Source of the DNA: Tubiluchus corallicola
Lineage: Eukaryota > Animalia > Priapulida
Length of the DNA: 64,000 bases
Reading direction: 5' to 3'
Assembly (NCBI GenBank): GCA_030141605.1
Contig: JAQGDQ010000189.1
Location: forward strand, 186,001 to 250,000
The translations under genes were made by a program, and so were the position numbers. The notes beneath the pieces were generated by a model that was not told the origin of the DNA, did no database searches, and was given only the letters and a program-made list of their open reading frames with translations. Below, one piece after another: positions 12,809 to 26,500 of the stretch; the stretch's first letter is position 1, and each line of letters opens with the position of its first letter.

Positions 12809-13396
12809 AATTATTTCCAGCATGAAACATGCCCGTTTCAAATGCTCATTGATATCTAATTGCTAAGACTTCTGCACTGAATTATTTCCAGCATGAAACA
12901 CGCCCGTTTCAAATGCTCATGATTGCTAAGACTTCTGCATTGAATTATTTCCAGCATGAAACACTGCCGTTTCAAATGCTCATTGATATCTAATTGCTAA
13001 GACTTCTGCATTGAATTATTTCCAGCATGAAACACGCCCGTTTCAAATGCTCATTGATATCTAATTGCTAAGACTTCTGCATTGAATTATTTCCAGCATG
13101 AAACACGCCCATTTCAAATGCTCATGATTGCTAAGACTTCTGCATTGAATTATTTCCAGCATGAAACACGCCCGTTTCAAATGCTCATTGATATCTAATT
13201 GCTAAGACTTCTGCATTGAATTATTTCCAGCATGAAACACGCCCGTTTCAAATGCTCATGATTGCTAAGACTTCTGCATTGAATTATTTCCCGCATGAAA
13301 CACGCCCGTTTCAAATGCTCATTGATATCTAATTGCTAAGACTTCTGCATTGAATTATTTCCAGCATGAAACACGCCCGTTTCAAATGCTCATGAT
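12809..13396. repeat. 71/63-bp tandem minisatellite at the BTF3 3' end
   Basis: About 8.5 units of AATTATTTCCAGCATGAAACACGCCCGTTTCAAATGCTCAT(TGATATCTA|G)ATTGCTAAGACTTCTGCATTG, mostly alternating long and short. Confidence 0.95.
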
Positions 13397-13825
13397 CAGT
13401 TTATTTTTCCAGCAAATAACAAATTCAAAATCCACGTAAACAGCATTTCATTGTAAACAAACAAACAAACAACTTCGTTTATAATGTTTCCAGAAAATGC
13501 AATTAGCTCAACAATGTAACTGTTTCAGCTACAAGACACTGGCATGCTTGAACCGTCTAAAAAATTTGCGGAGCAGATATAGCAAAATGAAACTAAAGCT
13601 ACAGTGACACGAAGGTACAATTTTCTCAAAAAACAAAAAAAAATCAAACCATTAAAATGCCTAAAAATACAATAATGAAATGAATGGACAGTACTGTACA
13701 CAATGACCAGATGGCGCTGCTATTACGCACGAATGCCCACAGCGCCATCTGCACGCAATAACTCGATTTAATGCCAATGCACAAACGTCATAGAAAAATT
13801 AAATTCCGTAGAAGGTACGCTTATG

Positions 13826-16800
13826 TTATATTCCCTCTGTTCTCGACGGTTCATCAAAATTCTCCACTAAATCTGAAACCAAATAAAGACCCTTTTTAAA
13901 ATGTGAAAATGTAATAAAATCACAGTCAACAATAGGGTCCACTTAACTGCCTCAGGACAACACCACTCTTACAAGACCTATAGCATTTCTATTACTGTAC
14001 GAGCACAGACAGAGCATAACTAAATCGTATATACTAATTCTACTGGTATGTTACATATATATATATATATAAGATTCGAGGCTACAGCTCCGACGACGGC
14101 ACCATTTGCGGCGATCTATACATCAGACGAAAGGTCTCAATCTAGTGTCGTGCCATTGGGGGTTTATTTTCCGAATCGGGCCCACCTATGGGTGTCATAG
14201 GTGTATTTAGAATTTGCGAGAGGACCACGGCATCGCGTAACGGGCATTTTCCCAGACTCAACTCCGGATTTTTTCAAAATTTTGACCAAACAGCATGCGG
14301 AAAAAACGTTCTAGCGGCGCCTGGTGGGACTTTCAGAAGGAGATATGCGGCTCTTTAGAAAGAGGAAGAACGGGGCTACACGATGATGTGGGCTATATTT
14401 TAGGACACGTCCACCGAAAGGAGTATCGACGGGTTAATTAGATGTTCTATTTTCGGCAATTTTCGCTTGGAAAACTGCTCACGCAAAGCCATTGTTATGA
14501 CGTAATCCATTATACTCTGTTTATAGCTTCAATTCAGTAAAAGCTGCTGCTGGCTTTGCGTTAGGTTAGCACCTAGCAATCCTAAAATGTTTGACTGATC
14601 AATATCTTTAGCACGTATTTCATCTCAATCACTTGCAGTTCTGAGGTAGGACATATGCACCTCTGAACGTGGTTAAAACACCCCTGCCGTTACAACGTCT
14701 AATCTTATCTAAGCTTTGTTTTAGGAGGCAGACAAAGAGTACCTACCTGGCACTTCATCGTCGTCATCATCAATACCATCCGTCGCAACTGGTACTGGTC
14801 CACCTGCTGGGAAAAAATTGTAAATTGTAAATAAATTATTGTAGATAAAACTAGATTAAACAAATTGTAAAACAGTAAATTGGCAATGAAGAAAATCGTT
14901 ATTTATTTCACTAACAAAAATAGAAAAAACACATTACTTATTACAATTCCTGAGTATATAATAGATAATAACAATTGAACCACAATGGGATAATCGTTTT
15001 ATTTTTTAATCAGTTTACAAGACCACACAGCGTGTTGAACTCGCGAAGCCATTTTTTCCAACTTGCATCCTAAGATGACAATTAGTAAAAACAATGAAAT
15101 GCAAAATTAATCCGGCATGTCTCAATGGATTCTTAAGCAAAAGTTTTCCAAAAACTATATGCATCTCATGCCAAATATTTGGGTATCTGTGTTTTGGGGC
15201 TAGGAAAAGTCATAGAAAAAGTCGCAATTAATTTTGGCCATGGTTAAGATTAGGATTAAGGCTATTTTTTCTGTGACTTTTTTATGTGTGAGTTTTTTAC
15301 CTGTGTCTTTTTTACCTGGATTCAATTTCTAATGTCTTTTTAAAGTTTAGATTGCGCTATTAAGCACTAACTTTACACCTGTTAACTTGTACAATGACCT
15401 TGAGAATTCAGTTTTACTTGTTTAACCTGACTTTGAAAATCTATTTTGGGTCAACAACTAACATTAGCTCAAAGAGCTATTATCGTCGACTGTAAATAAC
15501 AACCTACATCTACATAACAGAGACTATTATTACCCCACTTTTACCCTAAATACCACGGCGTCAGGCAGGGCAACAGCAGGTACCTTTTTTAAAGTCTTTG
15601 GTATGACCCGGCTGCTCGTTCGAACTCAAGACCTCCCAGACGGAAAGCAGACACATTACCACTAGACTAAACCATCTGGTCTGTGTATATACTATGTATA
15701 TACTTGTATAGTAGTAATAGGCAACATCCGTCGTATAACTGCATCAGTCAGTTAATTGGGTCAAAACACTTTCTGCCAAAGTGAGTCTATTAAACAGTGC
15801 CTACTGTACTTACCGTTTTTATTCGAGTATAACGCGCACCCCTAATTTCCGATGAAAAATCAGTATAAAATTTTGTTTCACTTTTTCTCGGCTCAGACCA
15901 AGCATTGTAAGTGACAAACGTTGTTGAACACGTGCGTTGTTGAACAACTCTAGTGTCTAACATTCGTCTCTGGTGCAGTGAATTCTCGACTAGCTGCTCG
16001 ATTTCCGTGGGTCAGGCACCGTCTGACAAACCATCTAGACTTTGCGCCCTCTGATAAAGTCTGCTGATATTGATACACTCAGCGTGTCAGCCCAGCCCTC
16101 GTTTATAACTCGCATTCAAACTTTGAGTTCTTTTTAGGTAGAAAATATTGCGCGTTATACTCAAATAAATACGGTAACTTTCTACAACTCACCACTAGAC
16201 TGCATGCTGGCTCCGAGGCTACTCAACCTCTTTAAACTCGTCAAGCTTTCCGCGCCGAGCTGATTTAGGATACCCGGCAGCATCTCTGTGATCTGTTTCT
16301 GTTCTGCGTGACCCGTGATGGCGAACGTGTTGGCGGCCAGCGACGCCTGCACCTTGGGGTTGTTGAAGTGGATCACCGACCCGTCGTCTTTGATCATGTT
16401 CACCTTTATAAGAGAAAAATGAGTAATAATTTTCAAATAACTTGTCTAAAATTTTACACCAGGTGGTGCTAGCATAAAAGTTCTGCCCTACACTGCCTTC
16501 ATCAGACACTGCCTTCAGAAAAAATGCTTCCAGAGATGCATTAAAAGAAGACACGATGGTTTTTCATATACTACCTCATTTTCAAGTCCGATAAAAAGCG
16601 GACAGTTATTGCTGCACAAGCGTTTCCGATAATTAAACATTATACATTTAATATTTCGTATATTAATCGATTATATTAGATTTTTCGTATATTAATTCAT
16701 TTTCAAGTTCGATAGAAAGTATACATTTTAATGCAAACAATACTGCAAATGTTTTTCTCATAATTATAGATTAAAATCTTAAAATAAACGGTGGGCGAGC

Positions 16801-18833
16801 CCAACTATTGATGATATCAAAAAATAACATAATTTCCAACAGCAAAAATATTCCACGAGTGTGTTGCACGTGTTTGTGAAAGCGAAAATTGAAGTGCAGT
16901 GCTACTGCAAGACATTCAGTGTGTTGTACTAAAATTAGCCAAGTTTTAAGATAAAAATTCAAATTTCAAATTACACATGTTTGTTTCATTTTACACAGTA
17001 TTAAAACAATAGCTAAAAATTTTCTAAAGCAGCAACCCCAGGAATTTTAGCTACAAGCTGCCACTCGTACCCAAGTCTGATTTTTGTTACCCGCTTACAC
17101 ACTAACGAGCATAGCATGTGATGTTGCTTTACAACTTTGCAACAGTAACAAACGTGTAACCAATAACTAACAACAAACTCCACTTTTCAAATAAATATAA
17201 AGGCGTTGAAGGCATGGACATAAATTGTAAAATACCTCTTCAATTCCAGGAATATTGTTTACGGCTAATTTTTTTAAGGAGCTTTGTAATTTTTTGTCGT
17301 CTGTCGTGGCCGTTCTATGTACGACTTTCTTTTTTCTCCGAGCGGATCCCTGGAAAAAAGCTTGACATCATTACGCTGTAATTCATTTAGCCAAACTAAC
17401 TGCTGCTCCAATATTCTATGTAGCTTCTCCTTTAAAAATAAAATTTTTCGTCATAATTTTCTGAGTACATTCTTCTCAGAACTTTGCGTGGCAAAATACT
17501 AGGGTTGTAACGATACACCTAGATCGCGATACTAATGTCACATGACGATACACCTAGATCACGGTACGATACACATCACGATACTAATGTCACATGACGA
17601 TACACCTAAATCATGATATGATACACATCACGATACTAATGTCACATGACGATACACCCGAGTTAATGTTTTCAAGCTTTGCAAACTAGTAGCCATTGAT
17701 AACAAGTGCTAAACATATTCTATCAATCAATAATTTTAGGCTCATTAAATGCTCAAATAACAAGACAAAGTTTGAGCTGCAAAAAACGCATTTTTGAAAA
17801 AGTCACAAAAAATGACAGCAAGTCACAAAAGAAATAAATTATATAGTCTGGAAATCAGTTTAAATTAAAATGACAAAAATCAAAAATGTACTAACAAGCC
17901 TCGAATAATCAACTCATTTAAAAATGCATCTGAAGAACAGAAATCTAACATTAAAAAACAGGAAAGTATCGAAAAACAACATAAATAACCATCAGTGATG
18001 ATAACACATATTATATGCATTTCGGCATTTACAGGTAAACCGGGCGATTGTTTAGACTCAATCTCATTTTAATTTACTGTCCAAAATATACATTTTCTTA
18101 CCCATAAAAGTTAACAATTGTTCCTTATATTTGAATAATTAGCTTAGAAAGTTAATTAACTGCAACCGAACACAGCTATTGCTTATGACTGAAACTAACC
18201 ACAGTTTGTGCAATGCTAGGCGTCTTCCCTTGTGCGTCAAGCACGTTTGCGTAAGTGTTACTGTTTAAACGCATGACGTCACGAAAATGGGCTTTACATC
18301 ATATGACGTCAGAAACTAACACTGCAGTTCATGATCATGCTTATCACGGTACCGCCTTCTATTTGATGGCCACACGAATGTGACAAAAAGGCGCCGCTGC
18401 CAATCTTAGTAGATTCACTGAGCCGCGCGTAGCTTTGAAAGTTTAACAACATTTGAGAATCCTAGGTAATTATTATCTAATCTAAGCTTTGATTTAAAAA
18501 ACTTATTGTAGTTTTTAATATTTCAGAGCATTCTTTATTCTGAACTAATGTTTACACAATTATCTGGTTTTCCTTTAAAAATATTTGAAGTGGAAAGTTA
18601 GTGTACCCAATGTTACTGTTTTTACTTTTTAAATCAGTTAGGAAAACAGCAACTGAACATCAAAGACAAAATTTACGAATCAGAAGTTCAATTTCAACAA
18701 GCACATTCAATTCAAGATCTTTTTTCCTAGCAAACATTAACTGACGAAAGCAAATAACGATGTTTCAACCAGAAGTTACCTTTCCGCCTATCCGCACTTG
18801 AGACTGAAGCTGCTTAAGTTTTTCTGGATTCAT
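13826..18833 (-). CDS. BTF3: Basic transcription factor 3 / nascent polypeptide-associated complex beta subunit, 161 aa
   Basis: Coding exons (-): 18780-18833 [18 protein letters not shown]; 17236-17349 [38 protein letters not shown]; 16193-16403 [31 protein letters not shown]...; 14747-14806 ...DDDDDEVP; 13826-13872 [15 protein letters not shown]. All GT-AG, total 486 nt. A probable non-coding first exon has its donor near 20177. Confidence 0.97.
14055..14565. mobile_element. Dispersed repeat attached to a (TA)n tract, unclassified
   Basis: Inverted homolog at ~29430-30105 (GCACCATTTGCGGCGATCTATA...GAAAGGTCTC); both copies abut (TA)n. Confidence 0.75.
15541..15680 (-). mobile_element. tRNA-derived SINE (probably MetaSINE type)
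   Basis: Minus strand has A-box TAGTCTAGTGG and B-box GAGTTCGAAC, then GGTCATACCAAAGACTTTAAAAAAGGTACC, resembling the Meta core domain as recalled. Confidence 0.7.
15813..16174. mobile_element. pogo/Tc1-mariner-type MITE
   Basis: TA-CCGTTTTTATTCGAGTATAACGCGCA ... TGCGCGTTATACTCAAATAAATACGG-TA, inserted ~17 nt from a BTF3 donor site. Confidence 0.88.
16541..16970. mobile_element. Partial Kolobok-like element with internal duplication
   Basis: Homology to 1282-1600 and 52888-53200. Confidence 0.65.
17500..17660. repeat. Short tandem repeat (CGATACAC...CGATACTAATGTCACATGA) at a hAT-like end TAGGGTTGTAACGATAC
   Basis: About 3 direct units. Confidence 0.7.
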
Positions 18834-18941
18834 TTTTTAAAACCTGGAAAAATTATAAAAATTAATACAAATTTCCACATATGTAAGTGGGTAGGTAAAG
18901 AACTAGTTTTTAAAGGGAAAGAGGCTTTGCGAATTTTAAAA

Positions 18942-19299
18942 TACATTCATATCTCGGTTTACTGGACATATTTACCGATGCTAAGCTAATACACTAGGTG
19001 CCCTGTATGACTCACGGTAAAGTAGAATCAATCATCTAATTGTCTCAAAAACGTCTACGAGCCTCCTATGCAAAAGTATATAAAAACTATTAACTCAAAT
19101 AACACTGCATAATTGACTGTATACTTTTATACAAAGAGATATACACGTGGCTACACTGATGTAAACAAAGTAACGGCCCGCCAACTAGCAGTGAGATCGG
19201 GAAACAACGGACCGCGGGGGACTTTTTAACAGTCCAGATTTTGTCAGATTCTTCCAATATCTGTGAAAGCGAAGTCCGGCGAACTGAGATACGAGTGTA
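18942..19299. mobile_element. MITE family with TIR TA-CACTCRTATCTCGGTTTGC
   Basis: TACATTCATATCTCGGTTTACTGGAC ... GTCCGGCGAACTGAGATACGAGTGTA. Other copies lie at ~37505-38130 and ~43851-44285. Confidence 0.8.
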
Positions 19300-19409
19300 T
19301 GTCCCAAAAATCTTCCCATGTCACTTCGTATTACGCTTTTCAACCCGTTTGAAAAATTTGCGTGACCGAAAAAGAAAATTTTTGGAAGTTTAAAATTACC
19401 ATGCCAGCT

Positions 19410-19622
19410 GGTAAAACATCTCTGGTTCACTATTCCAGTGTGCACCAGAAAACGTCGCTGCTTCGCTATCCCAGCATGCCCCAGAAAATGTTACTGGTTC
19501 ACTATCCCAGTGTGCACCAGAAAACATCACTGGTTAACTATCACAGTGTACAGCAGAAAACGTCACTGGTTCACTATCCCAGTGTGCAGTAGAAAACGTC
19601 AATGTTTCACCATCCCAGTACA
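19410..19622. repeat. 36-bp tandem repeat (CAGAAAACGTCACTGGTTCACTATCCCAGTGTGCAC)
   Basis: About 6 diverged copies; it explains the spurious ORFs 19362..19632. Confidence 0.9.
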
Positions 19623-20199
19623 TTTTCATTAAATACCAGTTAGTAATAATGTTATGGACAATTTTATTATTTAGTGAGCATTTCTATTATGTTATCTCAA
19701 TATAGTGATCCACTTTGTGTTTGTGACAATGCCTTTAGCAGCATCAGTCTGAAATTTTAAGCCTCCCGAGTTAGTGAAACTGACTATTACCAAGGCTCCC
19801 ATATTATTAAATTTAAAAATGTACTAAATTTGCCTTTATTAAATTTGTATTAGGGACACTTGGTTAGTACTATGGAATATATCATAAAGTAATGTAACGA
19901 ATAGTGGAAATTGCAAACTAAGCAATTCCCACTTGCCTGAGTAACTGTATTCAACATACAGACTATGTTCAAAATACCGACACCTAACACTACTCACTAG
20001 GCTAAAAATAGAACAAACAAATTAAGAAACGCAATATTTATACAATACATAAACAGTTTTGATAAAAAACGAACGGAAGCAAGATTGATATGAATCAACG
20101 ATAAGATCACAGATTTATAACATGCAGCGAAAAATGGAAAAAATATCTCACAATGACTAAAACTACACGAGGTTTACCTATAATATCTAATATGTCTGA

Positions 20200-20582
20200 A
20201 GTCTCCAGAAATCACGTTTTCGTTAGACAATTTTTTTTCATTTATACTTAGAAAGTGTGAAATTTTAACAAATTTAACACTAGGAATGCACAATCGATTT
20301 TTTTCTGCTTGTTCTATGAATTAAATTGTACGTTCGAATCGTAATTACTAGATATATTTTTTCATTTATATCTACACGTGACGTCATTTTCGCGGGAACC
20401 CGGTGCGGCACTACCGTTCCACGAGCGTAGAAGCCTTTATGTTGTTGAGATTGCAAAATTATTGTGCTAGTTTTTCTTACATTGTTTACTGAGTTTTTTT
20501 CTTAATTTTGAATTTATATATTAATTCTTTTGCACTGTTTATACTTAGCTGGAAACTTTAAATAATACTTTCTTGCTACAAA
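20200..20582. promoter_or_regulatory. Bidirectional BTF3/NASP promoter
   Basis: Lies between divergently oriented genes. Overlapping E-box CACGTG (20375), CRE TGACGTCA (20379) and E2F site TTTCGCGGGAA (20388). Confidence 0.7.
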
Positions 20583-23500
20583 ATGGCCAAAGACGATGAT
20601 ATTAGTGAACCTTCTACCAGCAAGGAACAGTGGTAAACTATTATAACCTAACTTTCTTCGGGTTTTACTTACCAAAAAATGTATGTTACAGAAGCAAGAC
20701 AGTAAAATATATTAGTTAGAAGTGTTAGCTTACACGCTCACTGTAAAGTTTGTTAAGTCAGCATGTATTGTCTAGTAATATAGAAGAATTAGTTATTAAA
20801 AGAATAATTAAACTTGCATTATATTATTTCTAATTTTTATTTCTGTGTTAATAGTGTGCTACTGTTGTAAAGACATCTAAGTGTAACACACTTGCAGTAT
20901 AAATGTAAATATTTTCTATTGGTTTCTTTTTTAATGGTTCTGAAGAAAGTTAACTTGTATGCAATCACATAATTAATATACAGTAAGACTGTTGAACACA
21001 AATTGAATTTTTGAGGTATATTTTTTTATAGTGAAACCGATGTAGACAAGGTTGCAGCCACTCTATTTGCTGAAGGGAAACGTCATTTAATAGTAGGTGA
21101 AGCAAGTCAAGCAGTAGACAAATTTCAGGAAGTTTGCAAACTTTTGTAAGTTATCCAGCCTTTTTCTTGGTTTTTTCTTAGTTCTTCCGTTGATATGCAA
21201 GGCAAGCAAGAAACAGACTCTCAGAAAACAGATAATGTTTTAGCAAAACTTAATTTTGCTCTCAATCTTTCAGACTGCAAAGCTTTACAGGCCAGTCCTT
21301 AATATTGTAGAAATTTACATTATGTAAATTATTAAACTAAACGTCCCATAATGAAAGCTGAAAGCCTTTTTATTGCTTTGTTTAAATTATCTACTGTTGT
21401 ACCAGTCTGTGGCACTGTTATGATTACGGCTTAAGCAAGTGCACTCATAGAAACCCCATATTCGTCCACAAAGTAATTGGAAATTAAGGTTTTAAACTTT
21501 GCTAGGATTGGTGCAGCAATCGCCATGGCAACAAATTATTCCATTCATTTACTACTTTCACAGTAAATCAATATTCACGAATGTAGAGACGTGACCGCTT
21601 TCTGAAAAGTTTTTAAATATGCTCTCTAGTTTTTGATTCAACAACTAAGTTAAAAATATTTTTGGCGCAATGTTTTCTTTCCCAGACTTTGTTTTATAAA
21701 CCTCAATAAAATCTCCAAGCCATCTTCTGTATCTTAATTCAAGTGCGGTCAAATGGAAATACTTCAATCTTTTGAAATATGCATGGATGAGAATTTTCCG
21801 CGGATATCCGGAATTCCCAGTTCTTGGAAGACCAGTAATGCCATTTTTGTAAATCGCGTGAATTTGTTGAGAAAACTTTTACGGACCCAGTACATTATTT
21901 CACAAACTGACCGCTAGTTGGCAGGCCGTCACTTTGTTTACATCATGTACATCAATGTAACCACGTGTATATCTCTGTGTATAAAAATATAGGATCAATT
22001 GTACGGAGTTATTTGAGTCAATTGCAGACAGTTTTTATATAATTTTGCATAAGAGCTGCCAGTACTTGGGCGTTTTTGAGACAATTAGGTATCATATATC
22101 CTTGATAGTTTGGTATTTTAAATTATTCATAAAACAAGGTAATTGATATTTTAAGTCGACCTAGAGGCTCTCTATGGTCACAAAATTGCAATTTCTTGCT
22201 GCCTCCAATGGTGCTTCACCCCTTGAACCCCACTGGGCGCTTAGGTGGCCCCAAAACCTCCGGCCTGTTTCTGACTTTTTTGCAATTTGTCATTCTCATC
22301 CGTGAATATGTGAGATTTTGTACAACCAGATATTATTCTTATAGCACACCCTAGAACTCCTTCCATAAGCAATGCGTCTTTCTGAGGGCGACAAGAAAAA
22401 TACTTCTGTTTTTTTATCACAAACGTGGCCTGGAATTTTATAATTTTCTTTGTTCACAAGCATATATGAGTGCATAACATGGACATAATTTAAAACTGTT
22501 TAAAGAGCTGCCACATCTTGACATTCGTAAATATTCACTTTCTGTGAGATGTATGAATAAATGGAATAATCTGGCTGCCATGGTGATATAGCCGTACCAA
22601 CTTCAGTAAAGTTTAAATCCTTAATCGACAATTATTTTGCAGAAAAATATGGGGTTTCTATGAGTGTACTCGATTAATCCCTATAATGACAGTATAACAG
22701 TATATATTTAATTTAAAACTCTAATGCAGTCATATAAAAGCGAATTTTTTAAATTTAAAATGCAATAATTACTATAATATCATTGTTTTGGCAAACATCT
22801 AATCATGCCTTTCTACGGTTAACTCTTGGCCGGGGTTGCCGTTTTGTGTGATGCTGATTATTGTATTGAAGGCTAGAAGTGTCACATTTTCAGCCAAATC
22901 AGCGCATTAACGGCCGAATAGTGTTGCCGTTTATACCATAATTATCACAACATACGTTCATGCCGTACCAAAAAGAGTCTATACAATAATTTAGTACTGC
23001 AAAGCAAAAAACTAAGACAAATGTGCATTGAAAAAATTTGAAACATACTACTAACCATACTACTAAAATAAACAAACTGAATTTAATATTCCACGATTTA
23101 GCTTCGAACATTCACAAAGCTTTAAAAAAATTTGAATATTTTTTTTCCTTCCTACTAACATCTTTTGGCCGGTCTGATAATGGGGATTTCAAAGCTGCAC
23201 ACGGTATTTTAGCTGAGGTGTGACCAAACCAGTGTATAATTTCATTTTCTTTATTTCTTGATATTATGTGCCTCTTTGTCACCCGCAAGATTTTACTTGC
23301 TTTTTAACATAACGTTTCAACCTTTTAATTTTATATACAACACTACTTTTTTGATTTGTCGGTAAATGCAGCTAACTATTTTATACACTTTTTTGCTGTA
23401 TTTAAAAATTATATGTGTTCTTTTTTTAACTTTTTTTAGAGCTGAAAAATATGGTGAGGTTGCTTTTGAATGTGCAGACGCGTATTATCATTATGGCGCT

Positions 23501-26500
23501 GCCTTGCTGGATCTGGCTAGAGTGGAAAATGGGGTTCTCGGAAACGCTTTGGATGGAGGTAAATTAGTAATGAAGTTCTCTCTCATATTGGCACACTAGT
23601 GTGCAAGTGATGACTCGTCCTGCGATAATAAGTGACCTGCAAGTTACTAGAGTACGGTTCTCACTAGATCTGAAGTGACCTGCACGTTACTAGAGTACGG
23701 TTCTCACTAGATCTGATGCGACCTGCACGTTACTAGAGTACGGTTCTCACTAGATCTGATGTGACCTGCACGTTACTAGAGTACCGTTCTCACTAGATCT
23801 GATGTGACCTGCGCGTTACTAGAGTACGGTTCTCACTAGATCTGATGTGACCTGCACGTTACTAGAGTACGGTTCTCTCTAGATCTGATGCGACCTGCAC
23901 GTTACTAGAGTACGGTTCTCACTAGATCTGATGTGACCTGCATGTTACTAGAGTACGGTTATATTTCCTAGAGTTACTAGGAAATATTTGATGATGTCCT
24001 GTATTCGGAAAATCCGGAGGATTTTTTCCTAGCAGGATCTTACTTGAGAACAAGAAAAAATTAACTAGGCAAGGTTCTACCTAGCTGCTAAAACTGTTAC
24101 TATTACAATAACATGGGATGCGAGGCGTTGTCAAGTGTATGCAAATGCATTGTCTGGTACAGCTAACATTTAATCGTCAGTCGCTGGAACTGTGAAAAGG
24201 CTTATTGTACCGCGCTACGCGATAATTTGAGTCACGGGTTTCGAGTTACGCGATTTTCATTAAAGGGGAAAACGAAAGGGAAAATCCGTTCTTCAAGATC
24301 TGTTCGAGATACGCAAGAATTCGAGTTATGTCTCTTTGAGTGACACATACTAGGTAATTTACTGTTTAAGTTCCGGTGTTTTAACTGCTAGGCTGATTAT
24401 AATAAGACGAAGCATCACACACAAGAGCCTGTGAGCATCTGTGTTGTTATAGACAGGAAAGTTGTTTTCAAGGATTTGGCAGTCAAGCTCTCAGAGAACG
24501 TTCGCAAACGACAACTAATAATGTCTCTGTTCTTCAACTAAATTCCAAAGTTATGAAAAATATCTTTTCTCAATTTTATGAGTTTATAATACGGTTTATA
24601 ATAAGTTTAAAATTTTGGCATTTATAGACTTTTACGTTTTTCAGTGTCATTTTCAAGCCGTAGCAGGTACATTTCTGTATTTCTTAAATGATAATTAATA
24701 ATTAATTAACAGTTTTCATTCTTGGTGTCTTTTCCTTTAAATGTATAATCGCTCTGAAAACTTCCATTTACATGTCGTGAACGTTTTCTTAACAGTTTTT
24801 GTTCATTTGCAGCTCCGATCAATGAATCCGAAACTGAAAAAGACAAAAACGATAGTCAGTTTGAGAATGTAGAAGCCATGACAGGTACATTTCTTGTCTC
24901 ACGAAACAGTTTTGACTCGTTTTTGCTTCTGATTTCTCATTTTGCTTTGTGCAACCTATAACTTCTATGTTAATTTCATTATGTAATAGGGCTGAGACAG
25001 TTGGACTTTTTAACTGAAGCTACGAGTCCATGTTCACGTGATGCGTGATCTGTGATCCGTAATGCGTAATACGTATTGACTGTTTTCACGTGTCCGTAAA
25101 CATTGTGCGTATCAACAAAACTGACGGCACTCTTTCTGCCATTTTTGGTCGCTATTCGTGAAAATTGCAAGTAATAATTTTTTAGAAACCATGTTTCAAT
25201 CGAAATTCAGCTGTGACATTAGCTTGTTATTGTACTATTAGACGGAAGAGATACAGAAGAAAGCACAGGTTTTGGGTGCACACCATTTTGCAGAGTAGAG
25301 AACAATATGGCATGTACTATCATTAAAAACTGCAGTTAGATGTACAGCACATAACTACATGCTTATTCCACTTTTCACAAGTGTTGTTGTTTGTACGTCC
25401 TACGGTGACCAAAACTCACCTAACTAGAATTTTCAGAAAACTAAGCAGCGAAAATGTTCACCGGAAACTTGAAAACTCTCAATAATCACCTAGGCAAAGA
25501 CTATTTCCCATGTGTGTATTGCTGCGTGATGCGTGTTCGGATGATAGTGATCACGTTCAAATGAATATGGATCACACATGGAAACTCTTCTGCACAAACT
25601 GTTGTATACGCATTACAGATCACGCATTACGTACACATATAGTCGTACGTTAAGTGTCTAAACGTTATTAACTGCGATCCGTTAACCTTTCCCGATGACA
25701 TCATACCAAAATACCGAATACACATGACGAACTAATATGAAGAAATTGCTTATTTCTAACCCCATTATATAATCATAGAAATTCACTCAACTTGGTATTT
25801 CTTTAGTTTACGAATAAATTATGAGCCATTTTAAATCTTTGAAGAAGTTTTTGAACAACAAAATTCAATTTATGAAGAAATACCTGCGACGCAATTACCC
25901 CTCCGAATCATGATGTGTTTACTGACACGTCGTAGAATCACCACGCGTGCAAACTCGTAAGAATAAGCGGTGAGGTTCAAATCTAGCATGCGCCAGCGAG
26001 AATGTCCAACATGGCGGGCATCCTCGTAACACACGCGAGTGAAAAACTTTTTACAATTTACCATTTGGAGGCTTCTAAGGCAACCAGATTAATTGAAACA
26101 ATGTTGTTAATAGTACAGTTTTATGTAAGCGGGACTTTGCTAACTGCGTACGAAAACTCATCATTACAACTCGGAAAAGATACAAGGTTTCATTATTATG
26201 GATACGTAGAAAACTCGACTAAGTAACGATTAAACGGTTAGTGATTTTCTAAACTGTTAATCGTCTCAGCCTTATTATGTAATTTTAGAAATTTTTGTCG
26301 TATTTTGACTCTGTTTAACTTCTTTTTTGTTTGTAAAGAAGATGAGAAGAGGACGCTGTCAGAGGAAGTTGGCAAAGCGTTGGAAGAGAATGCGGAGGAA
26401 CTGGATCGATTGAAAGAACAGAAAGACGAAAAAGGTGAAGGTAGGTTTTGTGATGTTTTCATTTTGCTAAGCTGATCTAGTTATTTTTCCATTCTATTAA

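Noticed and set aside
14580-14720. Possible intronic H/ACA snoRNA in BTF3
   Set aside because: A terminal ACA-like box is seen, but no convincing two-hairpin fold or H box by eye.
15600-15680. tRNA gene
   Set aside because: A and B boxes are present but there is no acceptor stem, and a SINE core follows, so it is called a SINE.
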